From the NCBI RefSeq assembly GCF_030028105.1, contig NC_092398.1, positions 28,862,424 through 28,926,423 of the forward strand: a DNA stretch of 64,000 nt, in the 5' to 3' direction. Each line of letters starts with the position of its first letter. Position 1 is the first letter of the stretch. This DNA comes from Mobula birostris. Taxonomy: Eukaryota. The position numbers and the translations under genes are program-made. This document shows, one piece after another, positions 11,721 through 24,500 of the stretch. Under the pieces are notes generated by a model that searched no databases, was not told the DNA's origin, and saw only the letters and a list, made by a program, of their open reading frames with translations.

Positions 11721-14712
11721 AGCAGAACACCATGAACATATACTCAGTGGCCACTTTATGAGGTACCGGAGGTACAGGAGGTACCTCATAAAGTGGCCAC
11801 GGAGTGCAGAGTGCTTATTGTGTTTCACAGTCCCATATCCTCCTCAGACCCTACCAAAGCAGTCATTGTCACTCAGCAAGGAAATATCTAAATTGTTCGC
11901 ATGTGAGAGGGCAGATTTAATGTCTGTAAAATGCTCTTTGGTGAAGCTAACAGATATCAAAAGTAAAGAATATAAATTAGTTTTATTTCTCACAGGTACA
12001 TTGAGACATTAAAACATACAGAGGTGTAAGTTTGGAAAAAATCAGAAGTCGAACTTTTGATCCTCGATTTGACTTTTGAGAAAAAGTGGGGCTCCTTTGC
12101 CTGCTACTATCATTTGATTTCAGTTAATTAAGATGGTTCCCTTCTGATTTTTGGGTAAATGGATTTGGTTGGCCGATTGATGTCTTTTTTTTAATAGAAG
12201 CTTGTATGGCGTATAGCTCCGAGTTTGTGCTCCAAATGGGTTTTTTTTTCTCGTTTCTTTTTTGGTTGTTTGTTGGGGATTTTTTGTTTTAGTTAATAGG
12301 GGTTCTCTTTTCCTTCTTCCTTTTTTCAAAAAAAATAGCTTTAACATTTTGTTTTTTTTTTAATTATTATTGTTGATATACTGTTTAGTTTGGTTAATAG
12401 TTTGACTCATATTTATTGATATATTGACTTGATTATTTTAATGTATTTTTCTTTGTCAATTTTCAATAATAATTAATAAAAAGATTTAAAAATTGAATGA
12501 AAACATACAGAGAAATGCTTCACTGATGTCAACTACCAACACAGTCCGAGGATTGTGCTGGACAGCCACAAGTGTTGCCATGCTTTGGGCATATGTCCCC
12601 GGATTCTGGTTACTCTTTTTTCGCTACCTTTGAGTGATTTGATCGGGGCAATCTATGCGATCTGCATCGCTTAGCAAAGAATGCTTTTCCCTGCAGCCTG
12701 TAGCCAGCTAGCGGCAGGGCACTGAACTGAATACTACTAGACCCCCGGTTTGATGTTTGAAATTCTATATGCTGTCCACTCACAAGCGTATTCTGTACAA
12801 ACACTTTGATAATAAATGTACTTTGAATCTTAGAATTACTTGCATTATACCAATGTTTTTTACCATCATGTCTTCTTAGGCTAAGGGTGATATGCTACTA
12901 CAGATTGTGAATATTTTTAATGTGGAGTGGCTTTTGTACATCATTTACCACGTGATGTTGACAAGAGTGAGGTCTTGGTCAATGATGAGGAATTCCAATG
13001 CAACTGGAGAGCAGACCTTAAGTATGGACATTAAACACGAACCCACACAAACATCTACTCACCCTCAGTGACCACTTTATTAGGTATCTCCTGTACCTAA
13101 TACAGTGACCACCGAGTGTAAGTACATGGTCTTCTGCTGTGCCATCCACTTCAAGTTTCGACGTGTTGGGTGTTCAGAGATGTCTTTCTGCACACCACTG
13201 TTAGTACACATGGTTATTTGAGTTAGTCGCCTTCCTGTCGACTTGAACCAGTCTGGCCATTCTCCACTGACCTCTCATATCGAATGACACAAAAGACTTG
13301 AACTCATGAATGAAGCGAGTGAAAATACAAGGTGCAGATCAATTGCCCATCCATCTTGTACAACTCTATCAAGTCATCTGTCGTCTAACTCACCGTGCAC
13401 AAAGCACAAACACGATCCCACTCTGTGACAAGTTCCAACCTTGTGTACATGGCAAGATCCCACTCACCAGTTACACAACAACATCCCAACCAATCCATAC
13501 ACAGTGGAAACAAGAGGGCACAGATTTCAAGTGAAAGGAATGAGTTTCAAAGGGGACACGAAGGGATACGCTTTTTTTTCTTACATAAAGAATGGTTGAT
13601 ATGTAGAATGAGCTGCCACTGGAGGCTGTGGAAACTGGCACAACCATTACATTTGAAAGGTATTTGGTCAGGGAAGTAAAGGGGCAAGGTGTGTAAGTAT
13701 ATTCAAAGTACATGTATCATCAGGATATGGTGGGGATTGCGGGGTGGGGGGTGGGAATAGCATACATGGAAAAAAAACGTCAGCAAACACATGGTGGGCA
13801 AAAGGGTCCAGTTGTGTGTTGTACAAGTCTATAACACGACAACAATCCCCATCCAGTCTGCACATGGCAAGTATCCATGCAACACGGGCAATGCACAATC
13901 AAACAAATTCCCATTCAATCGCCCTCACCCAACAAGTGTAGGGCAAGATCCCACAACACAACTCCTCCCTCCCCATCCCTGCACGCCCACAGCAAGATCT
14001 CACCAACCATGTGCATAGAACAGTAGATCACAGTACCAGCTTTTTGGTCCACATTGTTGTGCCGACCCCTTGATCCACTCCAGGGTCAATCCAAACTTTC
14101 CCTCACACAGCAGCCTCCATTATTCTGTCAGCTATGTGCGTATCTAAGAGTCTCTTAAATGTCCCTAATGACAACCTTGGCAGTACCAGGTTACGCACCT
14201 AAATATACGACCTCTGACATTCCCCCTGTATTTTCCTCTAAACACCTTAAAGGTATGCCCCCTCCTGTTAGCCATTGCCACCCTGGGGCAAAGTCTTCCA
14301 CTGTCCACTCCACTATAGGTGCTTCTTGTCATCTCGTACACCTTTATCAAGTCACCTCTCATCCTCCTTCACTTCAAAGAGAAAAGCCCTAGTCTGCTCC
14401 TGATCTCTAATCCTGGTAAATCTCCTGTGCATCTTTTTCTCGAGCTTCCACATCCCAATTTTAATATCCTGATATTAAACTTAGTTCCGATCCTTCACAC
14501 AATTTCCAAGTTTGGACGAACCAGGTAGTTTAACACCAAGCCAGCAAGACGTCAAGTAGAATGTGCTTCGCAAGATCCGAACGCTACCGCCCTCCCCACC
14601 CCAAGACACGGTTGATGACCCCAGGGACGTCTACTCAGCAAGATCCCACCCTTAGCAACAACTTTACAGCAAGTTGACCGGGCGGCGATCGCAGCGACAG
14701 GAATCGACTCAC

Positions 14713-14788
14713 CGGCCACTTTGTAGGTAGTCCCCGAACAGGGGCGGAGGAGCAGGAGGAGCGCCCAAGCAGCGGGATAACGACCCAT
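14713..14788 (-). CDS. WA: MHC W-category alpha chain gene 1, exon 1 (leader peptide MGRYPAAWALLLLLRPCSGTTYKVA)
   Basis: ATG at 14788, hydrophobic core WALLLLL and small-residue cleavage region PCSG. 76 nt ending in phase 1 at a G|GTGAGT donor. Lies in a CpG-rich island and is in frame with the acceptor at 9902. Confidence 0.8.
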
Positions 14789-14789
14789 G

Positions 14790-15065
14790 GCAGAAACCGT
14801 CCCGAAAGCAAAAGAGCGGCGGGAGGAGGAGGAGACGCCGCCGCCATTCAGCCCGCCCACCGACCTCACTCTCCTCCTCCTCCACCCAAGCCAAGCCTCC
14901 GGCGGGAGCGCGACTGGCCCGACGTCTGTGATGGCGCGCGCCCGGGGAGCGCGAGCGGCCCGCCGGCGGTGATGCGCGCGCCCGGTGGAGGGGGTGGGGG
15001 GGGTGGGGATGGTCTTTCTGGCGGGAAGCCACGGTAGCCAATGAGCGAGACCTGGCTGACTCGGG
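14790..15065 (-). promoter_or_regulatory. CpG-island promoter region of WA gene 1 with CCAAT box
   Basis: Very GC- and CpG-rich against an AT-rich background. Near-direct repeat GTGATG(G)CGCGCGCCCGG at 14928-14945 and 14969-14985. CCAAT at 15038-15042. No TATA box seen. Confidence 0.55.
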
Positions 15066-15104
15066 ATGGGGGGGTGGGGTCACTGACAGGTGTAGTGAAG
15101 GGCA

Positions 15105-16152
15105 GATGAGGGACAGGTAGTTGTAGAGGATGGGAGGGGTGAGGGATAGACAGTAGTAGAGGATGGGAGGAGTGAGGGATAGACAGTTGTAGAGGATGGG
15201 AGGGGTGAGGGATGGACAGTTGTAGAGGATGGGTGGGGTGAGGGATAGGAAGTTGCAGAGGATGGGAGGGGTGAGGGATAGACAGTTGTAGAGGATGGGA
15301 GGGGTGAGGGATAGACAGTTGTAGAGGATGGGAGGGGTGAGGGATAGACAGTTGTAGAGGATGGGAGGGGTGAGGGATAGACAGTTGTAGAGGATGGGAG
15401 GGGTGAGGGATAGACAGTTGTAGAGGATGGGAGGGGTGAGGGATAGACAGTTGTAGAGGATGGGAGGGGTGAGGGATAGACAGTTGTAGAGGATGGGAGG
15501 GGTGAGGGATAGACAGTTGCAGAGGATGGGAGGGGTGAGGGATAGACAGTTGCGGAGGATTGGAGGGGTGAGGGATAGACACTTGTAGAGGATGGGAGGG
15601 GTGAGGGATAGACAGTTGTAGAGGATGGGGGTGAGGGATAGACTGTTGTAGAGGATGGGGGTGAGGGATAGACAGTTGTAGAGGATGGGAGGGGTGAGGG
15701 ATAGACAGTTGTAGAGGATGGGAAGGGTGAGGGATAGACAGTTGTGGAGGTTGGGAGGGTGAAGGATAGACAGTTGCAGAGGATGGGAGGGGGTGAGGGA
15801 TAGACAGTTGTGGAGGATGGGAGGGGTGAGGGATAGACAGTTGTAGAGGATGGGAGGGGTGAGGGATAGACAGTTGTGGAGGATGGGAGGGGTGAGGGAT
15901 AGACACTTGTAGAGGATGGGAGGGGTGAGGGATAGACAGTTGTGGAGGATGGGAGGGGTGAGGGATAGACACTTGTAGAGGATGGGAGGGGTGAGGGATA
16001 GACAGTTGTAGAGGATGGGGGTGAGGGATAGACTGTTGTAGAGGATGGGGGTGAGGGATAGACAGTTGTAGAGGATGGGAAGGGTGAGGGATAGACAGTT
16101 GTAGAGGATGGGGGTGAGGGATAGACAGTTGTGGAGGTTGGGAGGGTGAAGG
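15105..16152. repeat. 33-bp G-rich minisatellite, about 31 copies
   Basis: Unit GAGGGATAGACAGTTGTAGAGGATGGGAGGGGT with 30- and 34-bp variants and very high unit identity. It produces the three long repetitive minus-strand ORFs. Confidence 0.97.
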
Positions 16153-16159
16153 ATCTTGC

Positions 16160-16370
16160 TAGTTTCATAAACTTTCTCTTGTCTGTCTTTATTACAAATC
16201 TTTTGCCTGTAAACGTCATCCAGATTAATTTCACATCCAGATGAAAGATACTTCTGAGCCCTCATCAGATCATCTAAATGTTCCACTTCTAGTCTGCTCC
16301 AGGATTTACGTTTGATTTAATTCATAAAACTGAATCCACGATCGCAGTCAGCACTAAAGAAAATTCTAGC
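16160..16370 (-). mobile_element. hAT transposase C-terminal dimerisation-domain remnant
   Basis: Minus frame reads FSADCDRGFSFMN*IKRKSWSRLEVEHLDDLMR, matching the hAT S-x-x-C-E-R-G-F-S...RNRL...LMR motif. Confidence 0.7.
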
Positions 16371-17269
16371 TGCACAGCTACGATGGCTATGTGAGCGGGA
16401 GCATTTCAGTAACTGCGCGGCCGCACATCTGCGCGGTTTAGACCGAGCAGGGATAGGGTGTTGAGCAGATGGATTCAGAAGGGTGGCTGTAGATAATGAA
16501 AGTGATGTGTGGGTGCCCAGGGAGAGGGAGAGGGCGTGAACTGACAAGGGTGGGTGCATTAGGTGTTGAGCAGGTAGATCAGAGGGTGGGGTGAAGAATG
16601 GTGCAGAGGGTGGAAAGAATGAGACAGATGCAGAGCCTGGGAGTTGTGTGGCTGGGTGGTGCAGGGGTTGGAAGGTGATTGCAGATGGGGGGACTGATGG
16701 GTTGGAGGACTGGTTGAAGCTAACCAGGTCTGTGCAAAGTGTGAGCAGGTAAATGTGGAGTCAGTGATGAGGGGAGGTGCTGATCTTAAGGGGGTGGTTT
16801 CAGAGATTTGTGCTGAAGGGGTGTGTGTGAGGAGGCAGTGCAGACTGATTCTCAGGAGATGTGCGCAGGAGGAGAGAGGGAATAACGAGAAGGAGGAATT
16901 GGTTTATGATGGGAGATGGTTATCGAGGTGCCTGGGAGATTAGTGGGAAAGGTGGGTGGGAGGGACAAATGAGAGGGGATGGCGTTGGGTGTCACTTAAA
17001 GGGAGGGAGTTTATGAAGATCGCTCCTCCTCCTTCCTACCTTTGGTCAGTTTGATCCCCCCTCATTTCCACCTTCCAAAATCACGAACAACATATTTAAG
17101 GTGAATGTGCAGTCTTTTCCCCAGCGATGGGAAATCAAGAACTAGTATCCAGGTTTAAAATAAGAGAGATTTACTATGAGCCTGAGGAGCAACTCTTTCA
17201 CCCAGAGGGTGGTCAGTATCAGAATCAGTTTAAAATATAAGTTTCGTTTAGGACACAATGAGAGAGTGA

Positions 17270-17745
17270 GCAATTTCAAGTCCTGGGTGTCAAAATCTCT
17301 GAGGACCTAACCTGGTTCCAACATATTGATCCAGGTATAAAAAAGCCGACACAGTGGCGATATTTCATTAGGATTTTGAAGAGATTTGGTTTGTCAACTA
17401 AAACACCTAAACATTTCTGTAGATGTACTCTGGAGAGCATTCTGACAGGCTGCATCACTGTCAGGTATGGTAGGGGGCAGGTACAGGACCAAAAGAAGCT
17501 ACAGAAAGTTGTAGAATTAGTCAGCTCCATCTTGGGTGCTAGCCTCCGTAGTACCCAGGACATCTTCAAGGAGCGGTACCTCAGAAAGGCAGTGTCCATT
17601 ATTAAGGACCCCCATCACCCAGGGCATGATCTTTTCTCATTGTTACTGCCAGGAAGGAGGTACAGAAGCCTGAAGGCACACACTCAGCGATTTAGGAACA
17701 GCTTCTTCCCCTCTGCCATAAGATTCCTAAATGGACCTTGAAAAC
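17270..17745 (+). mobile_element. Rex1/Babar LINE 3' end
   Basis: ORF 17376-17741 reads CTLESILTGCITVRYG...LQKVV...DPHHPGHDLFSLLLPGRRYRSLKAHTQRFRNSFFPSAIRFLN. Confidence 0.85.
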
Positions 17746-18464
17746 ATGAACACTACCTCACTTTTTTTAAAATATATTTTAATCTATTCAATGTACTGGA
17801 ATTGATTTACTTGGTTATCTATTTTTTTTTCTCCAAAATCATTTATTGCCGCTGCTAATAGACGCCGGTGAAAATAAACCTGATTCTGTTCATTTGTAGT
17901 TTTACAGCGGCAGTACAGTGCACAGACCATAAATTAGTGCAAAAGCAAAAGAACAGTGAAGTAGTGTTCGTGGATTCATGAACTGTTCCGAAATCTGATG
18001 GCAGAAGCTGGCTCTTCAGCCTCCTGAACCTCATCCCGATGATTGTAATGAGAAGAGGCCTTGTCCCAGTTGGAGAGCTGTGTGTGTCTATATACGACAA
18101 ACTACGAGAGGAATTGACTGAGGCAGGCAGAAGAGAAACAATTGAGGGAGAGGGAAAAGGGGGGAAGGCAGGGAGTGCAAACAAGGTAAATGATGTGTGC
18201 CAAATATGGACAAGTAGTATTGGTTTGGATGTGAATCTTGGCCAGCATGCACCAGTTGGGCTGAAGGGCCTGCTTCTATGCTGTATGGCTCTATAGAGCT
18301 TTTTGAGGCATTAATGTTGTGATGTCTAACATAAAAGGAAAGAGATTCAACCTGTAACTGATAGATGCAATCTGCAACTCAGGAGATAGAAATCACCTTG
18401 TCTTAAGTAACTCATTCCCAACTCAGAATGGCTTTGAGATGACTCAAACTATCCTTCTAATTAG

Positions 18465-18734
18465 TGTTTATCTGGGATGTACATCAGCTGGACAATCTAC
18501 TCCAGCACAGCTCCATGGTTCTCGAGAACAGACCTGCGATTTGGTTACGACGGCAAAGATGTCATCTATTTTGATTTCTCTGTGAGGAAATTTGGGGCCA
18601 GTATTTCACTTTTGGAAGCTTTCATCAGAGGCCTGAACCACTGCAATCCCCGGGCTGTCATTGAAGTTAACCGTACCAAGCCTTCGTCCCTTTCATTGCA
18701 GAGAGCATTTACCAGAATGTTCTGACCCTGAACT
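18465..18734 (+). pseudogene. WB: MHC W-category beta chain (WB)-like beta1 exon, frameshifted
   Basis: ccttctaattag| acceptor and |GTAAGT donor bound exactly 270 nt, the usual class II beta1 exon size. The central frame reads DLRFGYDGKDVIYFDFSVRKFGASISLLEAFIRGLN, with the class I alpha2-type YDGKD motif followed by class II beta1-like YFD. The phase-1 entry/exit frame contains three stops, so compensating +1 and -1 indels are needed. Oriented head-to-head with WA gene 1. Confidence 0.65.
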
Positions 18735-18984
18735 GTAAGTGGTTAACTGGATGATTGAATACAAGCTCACGTTGAGCAGAGGAAGTTATTTTGACCTTGG
18801 ACTGCAGCCAATTCTACAAGTGCCAGGAACAGTATCCCCACCTTTATTCTTTAACAAAAATACTTGTATTATAAATTCAAGCCAGTGATAGTACTATTAT
18901 TTCTGAATCAGATTTAGTATCACCGACATAGGTCATGAATGTTGTTTTGCAGCAGCAGTACATTGCGATACATAATATTGATAG

Positions 18985-20650
18985 ATCATCATCATCATCA
19001 GGTGCCATGCCCAGTTTGAGCTTTGACTGCCATGGCCCACACACTCCTGTTTCGGGTCAAGTGAATCAATTCATTGGTATTAATTTCCAATTCTCTAGCT
19101 GCTGTCTCCATCATCATTTGTCTTTCTCTTCATCTTGCTTTCTTCCCTTCAATCTTTCCCATAATTACCGTGCATTCTAACTCCTCTTTCCAAATGACAT
19201 GTCCAATGAAGTCACGTTGCCTTTTCATGATCTCATACATTATTTCTCTATTTGTGTTTGTTCAGTTCATGACATCATCGTTAGATATTCATTTTGTCCA
19301 TGATATTCTTTGCATCCTCCTCAAAAACCAAATCTCTGCTGCTACAATTCGTTTCCTCATGTTACTAGATATTGTCCAACATTCTGAGCCATATAACATA
19401 ACTGGATAAATGTAACATTTCAGTACTCTGAGGCAGGTTTTCATGCCTAGCATAGTATTGGTCAGTATACTCTCCATTCTTGTAAAAGTGTCTTTTTCCA
19501 GCCCTATTATTCTTTTGATGTGCAAGTCGCACCTGCCATCTGATATCACCCAGCTTCCTAAGTAGCAGAAGTTCTTTACTTGTTTTATGTCTTCCCCATT
19601 TATTCTTAGCCTGCAGATAGGATTCTCCTTCTTTTTGGGTATCACCATACATTGTCTTTTTGCAATTGATAGATAGACCCATTTTTTTTCCATTTTCTTC
19701 AACAATTATATCAATTAAGTTTTGTAGCTCTTCCTTTGTACTCGCAATTAACATAGTGTCATCTGCATATCTGAAATTATTGATGTTTTCACCGCCAACT
19801 TTGATTCCCAAGATGTCTCTTATTTTTTGTAATATTGTTTCACTGTACACATTAAATAAATCAGGGGAGAAAACACACCCTTGTCTAACGCCTCTTGATT
19901 TTCATAAACTGACTCACTTCTCCATCTATTCTTACAGCGGCAGTTTGTTCCCAGTACAGATTTCTGATTAGGCAGAGGTCTTTCGAATCCAGATCTAGAG
20001 TTTTCTGTAAAATTTCAAGTAACTTATTGTACTTCACTTTATCAAATGCTTTTGTGTAGTTGATAAAACAAACAAGCAAATCTTTTTTCACTTGAATAGA
20101 TAGCTCATTCTGATAGGATCCTTAACATCAATATCGCATTTCTTGTACCTTTGTCTTTCACAAAACCATTGTTCTTTGCCTGTTTCAGCTTGTATCTTAC
20201 TTTTAGCTCTTGTCATCAAAATTCTTAGAAGTATCTTGGTGACATGACTCATTAAACTTATGGTCCTATGTAATCACATTCTATTGCTCCAGCTTTCTTA
20301 GGAAGAGTGATAAATACTGATTTTTTCATCTCTTCTGTTATTATTCTAGTCTCGTAAATGTCATTGATTAAATCAGTAAATGTTTCAATTCCATAATCTT
20401 CAAGGGCAATAATTTGTACTATTACTAATTCATCAGGACCTGCTGCCTTTCCTTTCCTCATCTTATTTATGCATTATGAACTTCGATTTTAAAATACTTG
20501 GACCTTCAATGTTTTTCTTAATTTCTCCTTGATTGTCTTCAAAAATTCCTGAATATACTCAGTCCATTTGTTCATAATCGCATCTTTTTCCATAATAATG
20601 GCACCGTCCTTTGCTTTCAAACATCCACCTGAAGAACAGAGGAGCTTTTT
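18985..20650 (-). mobile_element. RTE-clade LINE, 5'-truncated
   Basis: (CAT)n tail at about 18985-19000. ORF fragments FINYTKAFDKVKYNKL, NINNFRYADDTMLIA, YIYPVMLYGSECWT, KGKAAGPDEL. Confidence 0.9.
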
Positions 20651-20659
20651 GGCTCTCAG

Positions 20660-21521
20660 CAAAGTGATCCAAATTAATTACAAATATAAAGCACAAAATA
20701 ATTGATTGCATAAATATTCACCCACTTCAACTCAGTATTCAGTAGCTTTACCTTTGGCAGCAATTACAGCCTTGAGTCTGTGTGGATAGGAATCTATCAG
20801 CTTTGCACATCTGGATTCTACAAATTTTCCCCATTCTTCTTTACGAAACTGTTCAAGTTCTGTCAGATTGCACAGGAGTTGTGAGTGAACAGCTCTTTTC
20901 AAGCCCAGCCGCAAATTCTCAATTGGATTGAGGTCTGGACTCTGACTTGGCCACTCCAGGACATTAACTTTGTTGTTTTTAAGCCATTCCTCTGTAGCTT
21001 CTGCTTTATGCTTGGAGTCATTGTCTTGCTGGAAAACAAATCTTTTCCTAATTCGCAGTGCTCCTGCAGAATGCTTCAGGTTTTCCTCCACGATTTCCCT
21101 GTATTTTGCTGCGTTCATTTTACCCTCTACCTTCAGAAGCCTTCCAGGGCTTGCTGCCGTAAAGCATCCCCACAGTATGCTTCACAGGAGGGATGGTGTG
21201 TTTTTGATGATGTGCGGTGTTTGGTTTATGCGAAACATAGTGCATAGTCTGATGGCCAAAAGCTCACTTTTGGATTCACCAGACCATAGAACCTTTTTCC
21301 AGGTGACTTCAGAGTCTCCCACATGCCTTCTGGCAAGTCCTAGCCAGTTTCTTTCATGTGAGTTTTTTCAACAGTGGATTTCTCTTTGCCACTCTCCCAT
21401 AAAGCTGTGACTGGTGAAGCACACGGGCAACAGTTGTATACGCAGTCTCTGCCATCTCAGCTACTAAAGTTTGTAACTCCTCCAGAGTTGTCATAGATCT
21501 CTTGGTGGCCTCTCTCACTAG
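20660..21521 (-). mobile_element. Tc1/mariner transposon, 3' part (split by a CR1 insertion)
   Basis: ORF 20732-21118 reads FQQDNDSKH...LEWPSQSPDLNPIENL, the Tc1 DD34E region. It continues at 25927, where RRG|LVREATK rejoins across the CR1. Confidence 0.92.
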
Positions 21522-24500
21522 AAGAGAGGAGGTTAGTTCACAACAGGGGGATAGGAACAAATGCAGAGAGACAGAGGGGTGTAAAATGAGGGTAGAAGCA
21601 AAATGTAGTAAGGTGAAAAGTAGAAGTGGCAGGCCGGCAAATCCAGGGCAAAAATCAAAAAGGACCACTTTTCAACATAATCGTATAAGGGCTAATAGTG
21701 TTGTAAAAGCAAGCCTGAAGGCTTTGTGTGTCAATGCAAGGAGCATTCGTAACAAGGTGGATGAATTAAAAGTGCAGATAGTTATTAATGAATATGATAT
21801 AGTTGGGATCACAGAGACATGGCTCCAGGGTGACCAAGGATGGGAGCTCAACATTCAGGGATATTCAATATTCAGGAGGGATAGAGATGAAAGAAAAGGA
21901 GGTGGGTTACATTGCTGGTTAGAGAGGAGATTAACGCAATAGAAAGGAAAGATATTAGCCAGGAGGATGTGGAATCGATATGGGTAGAGCTGCATAACAC
22001 TTAGGGGCCGAAAACGCTGGTGGGAGTTGTGTACAGGCCACCTAACAGTAGTAGTGAGGTTGGGGATGGCATTAAAAAGGAAATTAGAAATGCATGCAAT
22101 AAAGGAACAGCAGTTATAATGGGTGACTTCAATCTACATATAGATTGGCTGAACCAAATTGGTAAGTGTGCTGAGGAAGAGGATTTCCTGGAATGTATGC
22201 GGGATGGTTTTTTGAACCAACATGTCGAGGAACCACCTAGAGAGCAGGCTATTCTGGACTGGGTTTTGAGCAATGAGGAAAGGTTCATTAGCAATCTTGT
22301 CGTGAGAGGCCCCTTGGGTAAGATTGACTATAATATGGTGGAATTCTTCATTAAGATGGAGAGTGAGATAGTTAATTCAGGAACAAAGGTTCTGAACTTA
22401 AAGAAGGGTAACTTTGAAGGTATGAGACGTGAATTAACTAAGATAGACTGGCAAATGATACTTAAAGGGTTGATGGTTGATATGCAATGGCAAACATTTA
22501 AAGATCACATGGATGAACTACAACAATTGTTCATCCCAGTTTGGCAAAAGAATAAATCAGGGAAGGTAGTGCACCCATGGCTGACAAGGGAAATTAGGGA
22601 TAGTATCAAATCCAACAAAGAAACATACAAATTAGCCAGAAAAAGCAGCTCCCCTGAGGACAGGGAAAATTCAGAGTCCAGCAGAGGAGGACAAAGAACT
22701 TAATTAGGAAAGGGAAAAAAGATTATGAGAGAAAACTGGCAAGGAACAGAAAAACTGACTGTAAAAGCTTTTATAGATATGAAAAGAAAAAAAATTGGTT
22801 AAGACAAATGTAGGTCCCTTACAGACTGTCACAACAGCAGGGCATTGGGAGCAAGGGTGGACCCAAATGCAAGACACATCTTGTGAGGTTACTTAGATTT
22901 AGTTTATTGTTCGATTCCAGGAGAGCAAGGCAGGAGCAGGAAATAGCAAACTGGAAGAGGACTCAGGACTATGACAGGGCTGGGACCAAGGGTCTGGGCT
23001 TGGACTTGGAATCGGCTCCTAGAACTAAAGGAGACATGAAGAGGCTAGGGTATGGACTCCAAGCCAGGGACTTGGCAAAGACCTAGTACCTGGGTCTTGC
23101 CTCAGGCTCAGACCCCAGAACCAGGCAAGGACATGACATGGGCTAGGGAGAGGAGGAACATGGGAACACAGAGCCTCAGTCTCAGGGAGCAGGTATATGG
23201 AACCATGGACACATACACAAAACAGAGTCAGGACCCCTCCTTGGGTACAGGACATAGAGCCAGGACTCATGACCGTCCACAGGGCAACAGCAAGACAGCC
23301 TGACCTACCCGACAGAGGCAAGGACAAAACAGAACATGACTCCCCAGGGGGCAACAGTAAATCAGCCTGTCCTACCCCACAGAGGCAAGGACAAGACACA
23401 ACATGACCCCCCACAGGCCAACAGCAAAACAACCAGACTTACCCCACAGAGGCAAGGACAAGACAAGACAAGACCAACACAAATAAGCACCAGACAGTAC
23501 CCATCTGGCTCCAGTGATGGAACTAGACCAAAGCACAAGAGGGGGCGGCAGATGAGGGCTAGAGGCCAGAGGGGCAGAGAAGGGATTCAGACAAGGGGGT
23601 AGGACTGGAATCACAGACCACCAGGTCCAGGACTCGACTTAGTTCTCGAATGCCGCCAGGTACAGCACTCAACTTGGTGCTCGAATGCCGCCAGGGCCAG
23701 CACTCGACTTGGTGCTCAGATGCCGCCAGAGCCAGGGCTTGGACGTGGTACTTGTATCCTCTGGGTAGCGGCGAGCTCTAGACTTGACCAAGGAACAGTA
23801 GACAGCCGTTCTTGATTCCCTCCGGCGGGTTAACTGACGGAGCCAGCTCGGTGAGGGAACTTGACAAGGTTGCTCCGGTGAGGAAAGGCGAATTATTGGC
23901 ACTCGCTTCGGGCGGACACTAGCTTGATCCGGCCAGCTAACATTGGTACGCCATAACCTTGATGACTTTGCAGACGCTCCCGCGCCCAACGGCTGAAAGC
24001 CGGAAACTATAAACTACCGCTTCAGCCGAGCGTTAATTGCCTCTAATCACCAAAGTCAAGGGACACAGGAAAACAGGGAATCAACGGTCCGGATCGCAAC
24101 ATAAACAAGGTAAATTTAAAGGGACTCCGATCCAGACCATGACACAGACAGAAACAGGTGAATTGATTATGGGGAACAAGGACATAGCAGAACAATTGAA
24201 TAACTACTTTGGTTCTGTCTTCGCTAAGGAGGACATAAATAATCTTCCGGAAATAGTAGGGGACAGAGGGTCCAGTGAGTTGGAAGAACTGAGGGAAATA
24301 CATGTTAGTAGGGAAGTGGTGTTATGTAAATTGAAAGGATTAAAGGCAGATAAATCCCCAGGGCCAGATGGTCTGCATCCCAGAGTGCATAAGGAAGAAG
24401 CCCAAGAAATAGTGGATGCATTAGTGATAATTTTTCAAAACTCTTTAGATTCTGGACTAGTTCCTGAGGATTGGAGGGTGGCTAATGTAACCCCACTTTG

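Noticed and set aside
15038-15065. S-X-Y module upstream of WA1
   Set aside because: Only a Y-like CCAAT and an AP-1-like GAGTCA are present, 11 nt apart, with no X1 match and the wrong spacing.
14709-16286. Long minus-strand ORFs of 525, 368 and 384 aa with [22 protein letters not shown] and [11 protein letters not shown] repeats
   Set aside because: These are the three frames of a stop-free 33-bp minisatellite, preceded by a dead hAT fragment. All three frames being open argues against coding function.
17013-17050. Candidate WB leader ATGAAGATCGCTCCTCC...TTTG|GTCAGT
   Set aside because: Reads MKIAPPPSYL in phase 2. It becomes hydrophobic only if an indel is assumed and is too short to support.
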